DNA from: Armatimonadota bacterium
GTDB taxonomy: Bacteria; Armatimonadota; Hebobacteria; Hebobacterales; Hebobacteraceae
Direction: 5' to 3'
DNA: 45,578 nt
Assembly: GCA_050010895.1 (NCBI GenBank)
Contig: JBEKKD010000002.1
Span: 1 to 45,578, forward strand
Shown: positions 34,801-43,328 of the stretch, piece by piece
How the letters are laid out: each line of letters begins with the position of its first letter
Numbering within the stretch: the first letter of the stretch is position 1
Program-made: the position numbers and the translations under genes
Notes under the pieces: generated by a model
What the model saw: the letters and a program-made list of their open reading frames with translations, nothing else
Told to the model about the DNA's origin: nothing
Database searches by the model: none

Positions 34801-35824
34801 GCCTGAGATGGAAGCTCCGGGTCCTGCCGCGGTCTCGATCGACCACCTCGACGGTGAGCGGCAACTGGTCGGCATTCACCCCGATCTCCCCGGCTGTCGC
34901 TGTCTGCGTATCCCGATATGCCCGGCCGACAACCTGGGTGCTGGACATGATCTTGGACGAGATCATCACGCTGGGCATGATATCGTACACGTACGAGCCC
35001 GTCATGGGCACGTCGATATCGCCGAGATCGAAGAGGTCATGCCCGAAGGCGAGAATGCGATTGCCCTCTACCAGCGTGATCGTACCCGACCCGCTGATGT
35101 CGAAGTCGCCGCCGACGAGCTGCACCGCCACGGAACCCCCGGCCACGATCGGCGGCCGCATGTTCTCGGTTCCGCCCGACGGCCCCGCCATCACCTGCAT
35201 GCCGTACGGCGAGAACAGCTCGGAGAGACGCCCAATGGCGCGCTGATTGAACCCCGACGCCTGGATGAAGCCGCTCAACGGCACCAGGCTCATCGTCCCT
35301 GGCGGGTCAGGCCGTCCCGGCTGCTCGGCCACGCGCACCTGCTCGATCCGGCGGCCGGCCACCGAGATCGGGCGATCGAGGGGGTGGGACGAGCCCGCCG
35401 CGCTCGCTTTCGCGCCCGGACTGGCCTGCCAGGCCTCGAGCATCTCCTCGATGGGCCGAATCCCCGTGATGGGCTCTTTGCTGAACGACCATCCGTACGC
35501 GATGGCGCCGATAAGCTTGCCGTCGATGTAGACCGGGCTGCCGCTCATCCCCTGGATGATGCCGCTCTTTCTGGCAACAACGGGACCATCGAGGATCCGG
35601 GCGAGGATGATGTTGCGCGTGCCCTCAAACTTATGCATCACCCCGATAATCTCGAGGTGGAACGAGTCGATCCTGGTGCCGCGAAAGACGGATTTCGCGG
35701 TTGCGCGCTGCCCTGCATGAATCTGATTCACTGGCAGAATCGGGGTCTTCAAGCAATACGCGGCACGAGCATTCAACATGAGCAGCAGGCTCAACGCGCA
35801 ACAGATCCGGACAGATCGAAGCAT
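31877..35824 (-). CDS. Large secreted S55 (SpoIVB-type) peptidase-domain protein with a Pro-rich linker, beta-propeller repeats and C-terminal Ig/FN3-like domains
   Basis: The ATG at 35824 lies 6 nt after GGAG. The signal-like N-terminus is MLRSVRICCALSLLLMLNARA. The S55/trypsin-like block is IIQGMSGSPVYIDGKLIGAIAYGW. The Pro-rich tract is PQPPQAQGPPQPPPGGPPGGPP. About seven ~40-aa repeats contain the motif D/G-x-(L/V)-Y-A-G-T/G. The C-terminus has beta-sandwich-like modules. The product is 1315 aa. Confidence 0.8.
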   Translation of the reverse strand: MLRSVRICCALSLLLMLNARAAYCLKTPILPVNQIHAGQRATAKSVFRGTRIDSFHLEIIGVMHKFEGTRNIILARILDGPVVARKSGIIQGMSGSPVYIDGKLIGAIAYGWSFSKEPITGIRPIEEMLEAWQASPGAKASAAGSSHPLDRPISVAGRRIEQVRVAEQPGRPDPPGTMSLVPLSGFIQASGFNQRAIGRLSELFSPYGMQVMAGPSGGTENMRPPIVAGGSVAVQLVGGDFDISGSGTITLVEGNRILAFGHDLFDLGDIDVPMTGSYVYDIMPSVMISSKIMSSTQVVGRAYRDTQTATAGEIGVNADQLPLTVEVVDRDRGRTRSFHLRLARIREMLPSLAAISVMTAVDETRGRSSRGTVHVITEVEAEGRPVMKREDLSYSDGDAAAAAMPAVLRPLAAFTDTPFGKLQMRRVRVRVEIEQERRTATIERVTIPQSRVRAGDEVTLNISVRPYGKQIVEMPVRLKLPRDLPRGAVRLVISGGGEADEARASVGAPKPAPISMNQLVERYLTQDRRQDLVVQAALPRSGATLLGEELPDAPRGALEAIRASHPTDLRPATTVMKITAPMQWSLSGRQQITLSVESSIAPAAPTPQPPQAQGPPQPPPGGPPGGPPEDDQGQDEDISYQTRAGSALPEGDLYAAPAEMGATRGTGKPDAPAKGDQSKPEQEGTPLARGPQTWVQENPADYGHAKLRNIAMADDGRLMLGPERSDLAKLPADEIWSLAVRDDTVYAGTGSDGVIYRIPGKGDAPAFFRTGEMNVHALAFAKDGDLYAGTSPRGKLFRISPDGSGKVVYDSDSTYLWCLAIGPDGTVYAGGGAPARIYAVDPAGKAKLVSELPASNVQSLVLSPSGDLYAGTSDSGVIFRIKPDGTASAVGQVPSNEVGALVMDGNGNLYAGASPAGDMYWIEQGKSLKLYAETDEKTVYGLGILPGGDLVAATGPNGIVMRIGSDRKLRMDFRPETGIATALAVSGGAMYLGTTAPAAVMRFGPGYASSGTMESAMLDAGRPAKWGHIELTAETPTGTAVAVETRSGDAPSPEDGWSGWAPVASGAIISPPANHLQYRLNFSTTDAQVSPVVWQVYVAYHPTNLPPEVTLKAPSPGDRIQKKYTVKWEARDPDKDTLTYDLLLSRDLGQTWSILKQNLTEMKFDWDTTPTADGRVILKVIASYRQSEPSDPMQDDDTVVVWIDNTPPQVMLFKSSLVVAPDRRVRFSGTATDNLSAIRSVEYRVDDGDWQSLPLAAVDSLTVDFTVSTDPLSPGKHTVEVRAFNAAGNIGSDKLAAEVKGATEPAIAETKKTSD

Positions 35825-36037
35825 GGGCGTCTCCGCGATCGGGAAATTGTCGTGAGCATAGCACCTCGATCTCCCAAGGGTCAAGGAAAAGGGAATCAAG
35901 ATCGACAGCGTTGTGCGCGTAACCATTCATCCATCCGCCCCCTCTCCCGTCTTGGATCGCGTGATCTTGACGATGCCATGTAGGGGTGTTACCATCGAGC
36001 GCGGCCGGGAAGGGCGCTACGGTCGTGATCGAGGAAC

Positions 36038-36120
36038 GGGCGGGTGCCCGAGCTGGACAAAGGGAGCAGACTGTAAATCTGTCGGCGAAGCCTACGGAGG
36101 TTCGAATCCTTCCCCGCCCA
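36038..36120 (+). tRNA. tRNA-Tyr (anticodon GTA)
   Basis: The cloverleaf reads by eye as GGGCGGG TG CCCG AGCTGGACAAA GGGA G CAGAC TGTAAAT CTGTC [long variable arm GGCGAAGCCTAC] GGAGG TTCGAAT CCTTC CCCGCCC A. It closely parallels E. coli tRNA-Tyr. The 3' CCA is not encoded. Confidence 0.9.
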
Positions 36121-36209
36121 CCGTCCAGAGGCAGGATTGGCCACTGCCTGAACGAAGAGAACGAGAGAGCCCGAAGTTGGGCTCTCCCACAAGCCGCCGT
36201 GCATCACGA

Positions 36210-36285
36210 GCCCACATAGCTCAGTCGGCAGAGCGTATCCTTGGTAAGGATAAGGTCCCCGGTTCGATCCCGGGTGTGGGCTCCA
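36210..36285 (+). tRNA. tRNA-Thr (anticodon GGT)
   Basis: The sequence folds as GCCCACA TA GCTC AGTCGGC AGAGC G TATCC TTGGTAA GGATA AGGTC CCCGG TTCGATC CCGGG TGTGGGC T CCA. The CCA is encoded. Confidence 0.9.
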
Positions 36286-36394
36286 ACTACGGCCTCGCAC
36301 TGCTCAAGATGTCTGGCCCCGCGCCTCCGATGCGGCCGGAGTAGATCGCCCCGTCGCCCACGACATGCCACTGCCGCCGCCGTGAGGAGCGGCG

Positions 36395-37543
36395 CTAGGC
36401 CTCATACGCCAGCTTTCCCATCACCATTGTCGCGGCAACCTTCAGGCGCGACGTGAGCAGCACGATGTCGGCGTCCTTCCCAGGTTCCAGGCTGCCTTTG
36501 CGGTTCGAGACGCCGATAGAACGGGCAGGGGTCAGGGTTGCCATCCGGATACACTCACGCAGCGGCCGACCGGTGAATGCCGTGGTGTTGCGCACGCCCT
36601 GATCCATGGCCAAAGTGCTGCCGGCAAGGGTACCGTCTGCGAGGCGGACTGCGCCGTCCTTCACCACGATGAGCTGGTCGCCCAGCTCGTATTCCCCGTT
36701 CGGCATTCCGGCGCCGCGGATGGCGTCGGTGACGAGCACCGCGTGTTCCGGTCCCTTGAGACGGACGATCATACTCACGATCGCCGGGTGCAGATGGATG
36801 CCATCGGCGATGAACTGCGCGTACACATCATCCAGCATCAGCGCCGCGCCTACCGTACCGGGCTTGCGATGGTGGATGCCCTCCATCTGGTTGAACGTAT
36901 GCGTGGACTGGTTCACGCCCAGCTTCACGGCCTCCGCCACCTGCTCGAAGCTCGCCGACGAATGGCCGACGGCGACCGCCGCGCCGCGGCTGCGGGCATA
37001 GCCGATCAGCGCCTGGTTCTCATCGATCTCGGGCGCGAGACTGATCAGGCGGACGTTGCCCAGGGAGAAGAAGCGCTCGTAATCCAGGGTCGTTGCGGTC
37101 CGCACGTGCTGCTCCGGTTGAGCACCCTTCTTCGCGGCATTGATGTACGGGCCTTCGAGATGAACGCCGAGTGGCTGCGCGCCCGTGACCGGGTTCCGCT
37201 GGCACTCGTCGACGGCGCGTATGGACGCCATGATATCGTCCGCGGCCACGGTCATGGTGGTCGGACAGAACGACGTCACGCCGTGGGTCGCGACATACGC
37301 GGCGATCCCCTCAACGGCCTCACGCGTGCCGTCCATGGTGTCATGGCCCGCGCCGCCGTGGATATGGATGTCGACGAATCCCGGGGCAACAATGCGACCC
37401 GTCGCGTCGACCCGCTCGCACCTGGCGCCCGCGGCGACTCCGGGCCCGACGGCGACTATCGTGCCGTCCTCGATCAGCACATCGGCCTGCTCGAATTCCT
37501 CGAGCGGAGTTATGGTTCTGCCGCCGACGATCGCGATCTTCAC
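36395..37543 (-). CDS. nagA: N-acetylglucosamine-6-phosphate deacetylase
   Basis: The sequence MKIAIVGGRTITP...VLIEDGTIVAV...ATGRIVAPGFVDIHIHGGAGHD shows the amidohydrolase HxH motif in a NagA context. Further matches are LEGPYIN, VAVGHSSA and THTFNQM. The product is 382 aa. Confidence 0.9.
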   Translation of the reverse strand: MKIAIVGGRTITPLEEFEQADVLIEDGTIVAVGPGVAAGARCERVDATGRIVAPGFVDIHIHGGAGHDTMDGTREAVEGIAAYVATHGVTSFCPTTMTVAADDIMASIRAVDECQRNPVTGAQPLGVHLEGPYINAAKKGAQPEQHVRTATTLDYERFFSLGNVRLISLAPEIDENQALIGYARSRGAAVAVGHSSASFEQVAEAVKLGVNQSTHTFNQMEGIHHRKPGTVGAALMLDDVYAQFIADGIHLHPAIVSMIVRLKGPEHAVLVTDAIRGAGMPNGEYELGDQLIVVKDGAVRLADGTLAGSTLAMDQGVRNTTAFTGRPLRECIRMATLTPARSIGVSNRKGSLEPGKDADIVLLTSRLKVAATMVMGKLAYEA

Positions 37544-37578
37544 GATTACGAAGCTCCTTCTTTCTCCAGCCCCGTTTG

Positions 37579-40143
37579 CTAACCGGGCCAGTCCACTCGC
37601 ACCACCGCGGTATCTCGCGGGGGAACCGAAACCGGAATCGTCAGCTTGTTCACCGACCGCCGAGGGTCCAGTGGTTTGCCGCTGAGCGCGTCGACAACGC
37701 GCACGCTCGCGCTGACCGGGCGTCCGAAACCCGAAGCCTCGACTGCAAGAGTCGTGGCTTGAGTCGAATCAGTCGGGTTCCGAACGGCAAAGTAGGCGCG
37801 ACCGTCTCTGCTCGGCCCATAGCGTTCCACCCATAGCGGCGCGCCCTCGGTAGCTGCCCATGGCACCGGCTCCCATCCGGCGCGGCCCATGTCGCGCATC
37901 AGCGGGATGAAGCGCCGGTACAGCGGACGAACGCGTTCCAGGGATTCGGCATCGGAGAAGAAGATGCCTGGGTAGACGTGATAGAAGAGCAGCAGCTTGA
38001 ACCGCGCGACCGCCTCCTGCTGCGATGCCTGCAGCAGGCCGGAGTTGCCGAAGCTGACGCTCTTGCGAAACGCCACCGCGCGGTCGTGGCTGAGCGCCTC
38101 ATCGGAGGCCGCGTCATCGTCGAAATTCTCACCCGCGCCGATCATATCGAGATAGGGCGCTGCATACCCGGCATAGACGCTGTCGGAGTTCGCCATCGTG
38201 ACATAGCCCTTGCGCCGGATGAAGTCCATGTACTCCGACATCGCCGCCAGACCGGAGACCACCGGCGTGCCCGTGGAATAGCTGAACGTCAGCGGGGTGG
38301 CGGCGAACGGGAAATGGTCATCGCAGTGGTCCTCTGCCGCAATGTCGGACCAGTTGCCGACGGAGTCGAAGTAGACTCCCTCCAGCTTCGCACCACCGGC
38401 TGCACACCGATCCGCATCCGCGAGCGTCTCGTAGCGGTAGGAGAGCATGCCGCGGTTGCTGTCGCCCCAGCGCGAGCTGCATACGTTCGGCAGGCACGAC
38501 GTGTTCATCTCGATGTATGTGCCCTGGTACGTGCGCGCGGCGTTCTCCAAGTACGTGTCATCATCTCCGAACACTGCGGAATTCAGGAAGGCACGCGCGG
38601 ATTCCCGCGTGGGAGCGGTCCAATAGTCATGGGTGTCCATAACCGTGAGAGGCAGCTTGGCATCACGCTCGATCTCGGGCAGGTAGGCGCTGACGGGCTT
38701 CACGAGCGCGAGATCGTTCTCTTCGCTCGCCAGTATCCGCCACATCCAGGGCTCGCTGTACGAGCACGTGTAGATGCCCATCCCGTTGTTGGCTTTGGTC
38801 GGCTCGGGCCCGGCAAAGTGAGCCTCCGCGTACTGAAGCCCGAAGTCCTGGAGGCTCTGAAGCGTGTCGCTCGGGCCGATCCACCACCCGCCTTCTTTGG
38901 CCGTACTCGAAAACAGGTCGGAGTAGCGCGTGTAGTACGCGGAGAGTGCCGAGCGGTAGCCCCACCTCGGCTCGAAGCGTACGATATCGAAGCAGAAGCT
39001 CACATCCTCGGTCGCTCCCAGGCCTCGGTCGACGACCGCGAGGTCGAATTCGCCGCAGAGATATCCATCGGCGTCGTACCGAAACCGGCTCAGGATGACA
39101 GGTTTCAGCGACGCCATCAGGGCGATCCCGTGATCCGGGCCCGCAATCGCGGCCATCGGAAACCGCGAAACCTCTCGGTACTGCCGCCGCCCGATGAGCT
39201 GATAGTCGGAGTAGCTCCTTCTGGCCTCGATCTGGCGCTCGCCGCGGAGGGAGTCTCCCCAGCGCCAGCCGACGGCCGCGAGAGGGACGCGGAAGCTGAC
39301 GGTGAGGGCGGTCGGGTTCTTCTTCAGCCACGAGGCGGGGACCGAGAGCGTGGTCCGGATCGTCATGCCGCTCATCAATGCCGATGCGCGCGCGCTCAAC
39401 ACGATCGGCGTATCGGGAACGGTGCCGGTAAACTGGGGCTCGACGCCTCCGGTCCACGTCCCCACGACAGGCATGGCCGGCTGCTGCCTGACTTCAGTGA
39501 CTGTCACCTCGCTGATCCAGAATTGACCGGAGCCGCTCGGGTGGTGCAGCATCAGGGTGAAGCTGGCGGCGCGGTCGACGGCCGGGACAGGGATGACCTC
39601 TTCCTTCCAGTCATAGGTGCCGGCAGGCAAATCCACGTTGAGCTGCGATGTGACCGGCTGGCCATTCGGATCGGATTGCCGAATGTGCAGGATGGGAGGG
39701 TACTCGCCCGCCAGTCGCTCTCCGCGATGCGCGAACCGGATCAGGTAGACGCGATGAGGCTGAACCTGATCGACGTGAAGCTCCAGTTCGCCGGAATCCC
39801 CAGCCTTCGTTTCCGGCAACCTGATCGTGAGAGTCGGTCTGCCGCGCCGCGTCATCTTCGTGTCGACGGCGAAGGACCGCGGCAGGGGCGCGGGGATGCC
39901 GGCGATTCCCTGTTCTCGAAGCAGATCCGGGCCGGTCACGGCCTGGTATGGCTGCACATAGAAGCCGCCGACCCCCCGCGCCGCGAGAGTCTGGCGGCCA
40001 ACCCGCAATCCCACAAGCTGGCCCGCCTGCAGTTGCAGCGAAAGGCCATCTGTGGTGCTGGCTGATTGGGCCGGGACGGCGGGACAGACCGCGCCTGCCG
40101 TAAACGCAAGAACCAGAGCCGTCAGGAACGCTGAGCGAGGCAT
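37579..40143 (-). CDS. Secreted hypothetical protein (854 aa), a possible glycan-active enzyme
   Basis: The signal-like N-terminus is MPRSAFLTALVLAFTAGAVCPAVPAQS. A long ORF with coding-like, aromatic-rich composition ends 35 nt upstream of nagA on the same strand. I recognise no family by eye. Confidence 0.6.
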   Translation of the reverse strand: MPRSAFLTALVLAFTAGAVCPAVPAQSASTTDGLSLQLQAGQLVGLRVGRQTLAARGVGGFYVQPYQAVTGPDLLREQGIAGIPAPLPRSFAVDTKMTRRGRPTLTIRLPETKAGDSGELELHVDQVQPHRVYLIRFAHRGERLAGEYPPILHIRQSDPNGQPVTSQLNVDLPAGTYDWKEEVIPVPAVDRAASFTLMLHHPSGSGQFWISEVTVTEVRQQPAMPVVGTWTGGVEPQFTGTVPDTPIVLSARASALMSGMTIRTTLSVPASWLKKNPTALTVSFRVPLAAVGWRWGDSLRGERQIEARRSYSDYQLIGRRQYREVSRFPMAAIAGPDHGIALMASLKPVILSRFRYDADGYLCGEFDLAVVDRGLGATEDVSFCFDIVRFEPRWGYRSALSAYYTRYSDLFSSTAKEGGWWIGPSDTLQSLQDFGLQYAEAHFAGPEPTKANNGMGIYTCSYSEPWMWRILASEENDLALVKPVSAYLPEIERDAKLPLTVMDTHDYWTAPTRESARAFLNSAVFGDDDTYLENAARTYQGTYIEMNTSCLPNVCSSRWGDSNRGMLSYRYETLADADRCAAGGAKLEGVYFDSVGNWSDIAAEDHCDDHFPFAATPLTFSYSTGTPVVSGLAAMSEYMDFIRRKGYVTMANSDSVYAGYAAPYLDMIGAGENFDDDAASDEALSHDRAVAFRKSVSFGNSGLLQASQQEAVARFKLLLFYHVYPGIFFSDAESLERVRPLYRRFIPLMRDMGRAGWEPVPWAATEGAPLWVERYGPSRDGRAYFAVRNPTDSTQATTLAVEASGFGRPVSASVRVVDALSGKPLDPRRSVNKLTIPVSVPPRDTAVVRVDWPG

Positions 40144-40245
40144 TGCTTTCCTCCCCTCTGGTGAGCGGGCGGAGCGTCGGCAGACGCGATCTATCAGCGC
40201 CCCGGCCGGCAGCGCCGCTCGTCTCAGACCAGGTTCTGCAGGCAG

Positions 40246-41112
40246 CTAGCCCGCCGCCTTCGGTTTCTTCTCGTCCAGGGGTCCTACGCCGGAGTAGATC
40301 GAAAAGCCGCCATCGATGGCGATAGTGGTCCCGTGAAGGAAGCTTCCGGCATCGGAGATGAGGAGCAAGATCGGGCCGAGCAACTCCTTGGGGTCGCCGA
40401 ACCGCCCGAACGGCGTCTTGGCGATAATGGAGTGCCCCCGCGGGGTCAGCGTCTTATCATCGGCCTCGAAGAGGAGGCGGTGATTCTGGGTGGTGTCCAG
40501 GAAGCCGGGCGCGATCTCATTCACGCGGATCTCGGCGTCAGGGAAGTCCACCTTGGCCTGAACTGCCAGCCATTGCGTGAAGTTCGTCACCGCGGCCTTC
40601 GCGTTCGAGTACCCCGGCACGTTCGTCAGCGGGGTGATGGCCGACATGGAGGAAGTGTTGACGACGATCCCCTTGCCCTTCTCAGCGAAATACTTGCAGA
40701 AGATCTGCGTGGGCAAGAACGTGCCCTTGTAGTTCAGCGCGAAGACCTTGTCCACTTCCTCCAGCACGAGATCGGTGAACTTCCCGTCGCGGGGTACGGT
40801 GGCGCCGGCGCGATTGCCGCCAGCCCCATTGATCAGGACGTCCACACGCCCATAGGACTTCAGGACTGCATCCAGCGCGCTCTGGATGCTCGCGGGATCG
40901 AGCACGTTGCAGGCGACGGCGAGGGCCTCGTCGCCGTCAGCCTTGATCTGGTCGGCGAATTCCTGCGCCTTATCGCCGAGCAGATCAAGCAGCGCCACCT
41001 TTGCGCCGCGCGTGGCCAGCTCGCGGGCAACCGTCCCGTAGAGCACGCCAGCCGCGCCGGTGATCGCGACGACTTTGCCGGTGATATCGAAGAGATTGTC
41101 AGCTTTGCACAT
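40246..41112 (-). CDS. SDR-family oxidoreductase, UxuB-type (D-mannonate/fructuronate oxidoreductase-like)
   Basis: The ATG lies at 41112; the track's TTG at 41127 is the alternative. The Rossmann motif is GKVVAITGAAGVLYG. The sequence also shows LINGAGGN and the catalytic YSNAKAA. The tail is IRVNEIAPGF...TPFGRFGDPKELLGPILLLISDAGSFLHGTTIAIDGGFSIYSGV, as in UxuB-type SDRs. Confidence 0.7.
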   Translation of the reverse strand: MCKADNLFDITGKVVAITGAAGVLYGTVARELATRGAKVALLDLLGDKAQEFADQIKADGDEALAVACNVLDPASIQSALDAVLKSYGRVDVLINGAGGNRAGATVPRDGKFTDLVLEEVDKVFALNYKGTFLPTQIFCKYFAEKGKGIVVNTSSMSAITPLTNVPGYSNAKAAVTNFTQWLAVQAKVDFPDAEIRVNEIAPGFLDTTQNHRLLFEADDKTLTPRGHSIIAKTPFGRFGDPKELLGPILLLISDAGSFLHGTTIAIDGGFSIYSGVGPLDEKKPKAAG

Positions 41113-41184
41113 AGGAGAACCTTTCAAACAATATCAGGGAGGATGCAAGTCGCCGGAAGCGACTGGAGCTCCTGCCCAATTCAG

Positions 41185-41937
41185 CTACGCCTGGTACGGC
41201 TTGAACTTCGCCCGGAACTCAGCCAGCGACTTGCGGATCGTGTCCACATCGCCCGGCTTCTTCTCTTTCGCGACCAGGGACAGCGGCGCCGACATGCCGA
41301 GCACCGGGAAGTAGCCGCGCTTGCTGATGCTCTCCTGGAACTGCGGCCCGGTCTCGTTGTTGACGCCACCAGTCGGCATGATGATGCGGCCCTTGTGCCG
41401 GTCCCGCACATAGGGCGCGAGCAGGTCGGCGACGCCGCTAGGGCCATACACGCCCGCAGGAAAGATCTTCACGCAGTCCGGCTCCAGCCCGTCGCTGCGC
41501 TCGATGAAGTACTGCAGCTCCGATGGCGACAGCACTGCCGGCGCGATGGCGACGTTTGCGTTGCGTGCCATCCGCACCGCCTCTATCCCCTCGCCATAGC
41601 CGCCCATGACGTTCGCCGGAGCGACCACCATGTCGAACCCCATACCGATCGCGGCCTCGAGTTCCCTGGGGTTGATGACGCTGCCCACGCCGAGCACGAA
41701 CGGCTCATCCGCCGGGGCCTCGGCGCGGCGCTTCACCAGCTCCTTCATCGCCTCCCGTATGATGGCCTCGTCGATGCGGAAGGTGCATTCGGCAACCAGG
41801 CCGGCCTGATACACCTCCCACATAGTGGTGACCAGGTCCTCGGGCGTCTTCACGTGGTCGCGGTTCATCACCACCACGACACCGGATTTCCTCAGCGCCG
41901 CATCGACGCGGGCGCGATCTCGTCTGTAGTCAGCCAT
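41185..41937 (-). CDS. KDPG/KHG aldolase family protein (Eda-like)
   Basis: The pattern GVGSV, PAVLSPSE, VKIFPA (Schiff-base Lys context) and PTGGV fits the family. The gene lies between a KDG kinase gene and a UxuB-like SDR gene. The product is 250 aa. Confidence 0.7.
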   Translation of the reverse strand: MADYRRDRARVDAALRKSGVVVVMNRDHVKTPEDLVTTMWEVYQAGLVAECTFRIDEAIIREAMKELVKRRAEAPADEPFVLGVGSVINPRELEAAIGMGFDMVVAPANVMGGYGEGIEAVRMARNANVAIAPAVLSPSELQYFIERSDGLEPDCVKIFPAGVYGPSGVADLLAPYVRDRHKGRIIMPTGGVNNETGPQFQESISKRGYFPVLGMSAPLSLVAKEKKPGDVDTIRKSLAEFRAKFKPYQA

Positions 41938-41998
41938 GCCGTTCCTCCAAAGACACCGACAAGATCCTTCGCGTTGCTCAGGATGACAATTGGGGGGC

Positions 41999-43126
41999 TC
42001 AACGCAGAGCGCTGACGCCTCCGCCTTTCTTCGCGCGGGCGACCTCCGCTTCCACTTCCTTCTGCGTCACCATGGTGGTGTCGCCGGGCGTCTCCTGAAC
42101 CAGGATGCCGTGGGCGGCGCCCCATTCCACGGCGACATCCGGGCCGTTGCCCTTCATCAGCGCCGCGGCGACGCCGGACATGAAGGAATCGCCGCCGCCG
42201 GTGCGATCGGCGATCTCGATACTCTCGCGCACGGAAGCCTGGTGCATCGTGTCCTCGGCGACATCGTAGAGCACGGCGCCCCAGCTAATGCGGTCGGCGG
42301 TGGTCGCCGCGCGCAACTGGGTGCCGATGATCTTGAGGTTCGGGTAATCCTTCGCGACCTGGCGCAGCATCTCCTGATAGGCGGTGAGCCAGATATCGAA
42401 CGAGTCCGTGGTGGCGACTTTGCGGCTCTCGTATCCCAGCGCGTCGAAGAAGTCGCTCTGATTGCCGACCAGGAAGTCCGTATACGGGACGATGCTGCGG
42501 TTGATCTCTCGCGCACGGTCTTTGCTCGGCTCGACTTTGGAGCGATAGTTCAGATCGAAAGATCGAAAGACGCCGCTCTCGCCCGCGGCCTTCATCGCCT
42601 CCAGCGCGAGGTGGGATGACGTCGGCGAGATCAGCGTGTAGATGCCGCCCGTGTGGAACCAGCGCACTCCCTCGCCGAAGAGAGCCTTCCAGTCTACGTC
42701 GCCGGGTTTCAGCTCCCGGACCGGCGTGTGCGCCCGGTAGTACTCCGTCACCGACGGCAGCACGCCCTTGCCGGCCCAGGTGAAGTTGATGCCGTTGTGC
42801 AGCGTCCCCTTGCCATCGGTGGCGTGCGCGCCCTTGCCGCCGGTGTTGAACCAGATGATGTGCGAAGTATCGACTCCGGCTTCCTTCAACTGCAGCTCGA
42901 TGTTCCGCCCGATTCCATCGTCGACCAGGGCGGTGATGACGGCCGTCTTGAGCCCAAAACACGTACTCAGTCCCTCGGCAACGTTCGTCTCTCCGCCGCC
43001 GTGCCAGATGCGAGCCGACCGCGCCCGCCGGGTGGGGATATCGCCGGGATCGATGCGCATCATCACTTCGCCCAGAGCCGCGGCATCGAGCTGGCCGCCG
43101 GCGGGCTTGATCCTGAAGTCTCCCAT
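41999..43126 (-). CDS. kdgK: PfkB-family sugar kinase, 2-dehydro-3-deoxygluconokinase-like
   Basis: The N-terminal segment is LGEVMMRIDP...GGGETNVA. The C-terminal PfkB signature is DRTGGGDSFMSGV. The gene is adjacent to the Eda-like gene. The product is 375 aa. Confidence 0.75.
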   Translation of the reverse strand: MGDFRIKPAGGQLDAAALGEVMMRIDPGDIPTRRARSARIWHGGGETNVAEGLSTCFGLKTAVITALVDDGIGRNIELQLKEAGVDTSHIIWFNTGGKGAHATDGKGTLHNGINFTWAGKGVLPSVTEYYRAHTPVRELKPGDVDWKALFGEGVRWFHTGGIYTLISPTSSHLALEAMKAAGESGVFRSFDLNYRSKVEPSKDRAREINRSIVPYTDFLVGNQSDFFDALGYESRKVATTDSFDIWLTAYQEMLRQVAKDYPNLKIIGTQLRAATTADRISWGAVLYDVAEDTMHQASVRESIEIADRTGGGDSFMSGVAAALMKGNGPDVAVEWGAAHGILVQETPGDTTMVTQKEVEAEVARAKKGGGVSALR

Positions 43127-43265
43127 ATGGGTGCTACCTCTGAGGATGGTGCAGGCAAGTTCGACTGCCGGCCGGGTATCTCCTCCACTGGTTTACCCGG
43201 CCTCGGTCAGCGCGAGGTCTAGCGGCGGCATTGCTCGAAATGTTATGATAAGACGTCTCCCGTAT

Positions 43266-43300
43266 GGTGCGCACGAATCGGGTGCGCACCTCTTTCTTGT
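43266..43300 (+). terminator. Terminator-like hairpin in the 5' leader of the 43329 gene, a candidate attenuator
   Basis: A 9-bp perfect stem GGTGCGCAC / GTGCGCACC has a 7-nt loop and is followed by TCTTTCTTGT. It lies about 30 nt upstream of the ATG at 43329. No upstream + strand gene is present for it to terminate. Confidence 0.4.
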
Positions 43301-43328
43301 CAGCGGCTATCACGAAGGAGTGCCGTTC

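Noticed and set aside
34076-35983. 635-aa + strand ORF
   Set aside because: It is antisense to the S55 peptidase gene. It shows no recognisable motifs and has Arg/His/Gly-rich composition.
36165-36186. 8-bp perfect hairpin GAGAGCCC-GAAGTT-GGGCTCTC between tRNA-Tyr and tRNA-Thr
   Set aside because: It is most simply a processing or spacer structure in a tRNA co-transcript. No evidence supports an independent RNA gene.
37978-40065. 695-aa + strand ORF
   Set aside because: It is antisense to the 854-aa secreted protein ORF. The minus-strand frame has a signal peptide, balanced composition and operon continuity with nagA. The + frame is Arg/Gly/Asp-rich junk.
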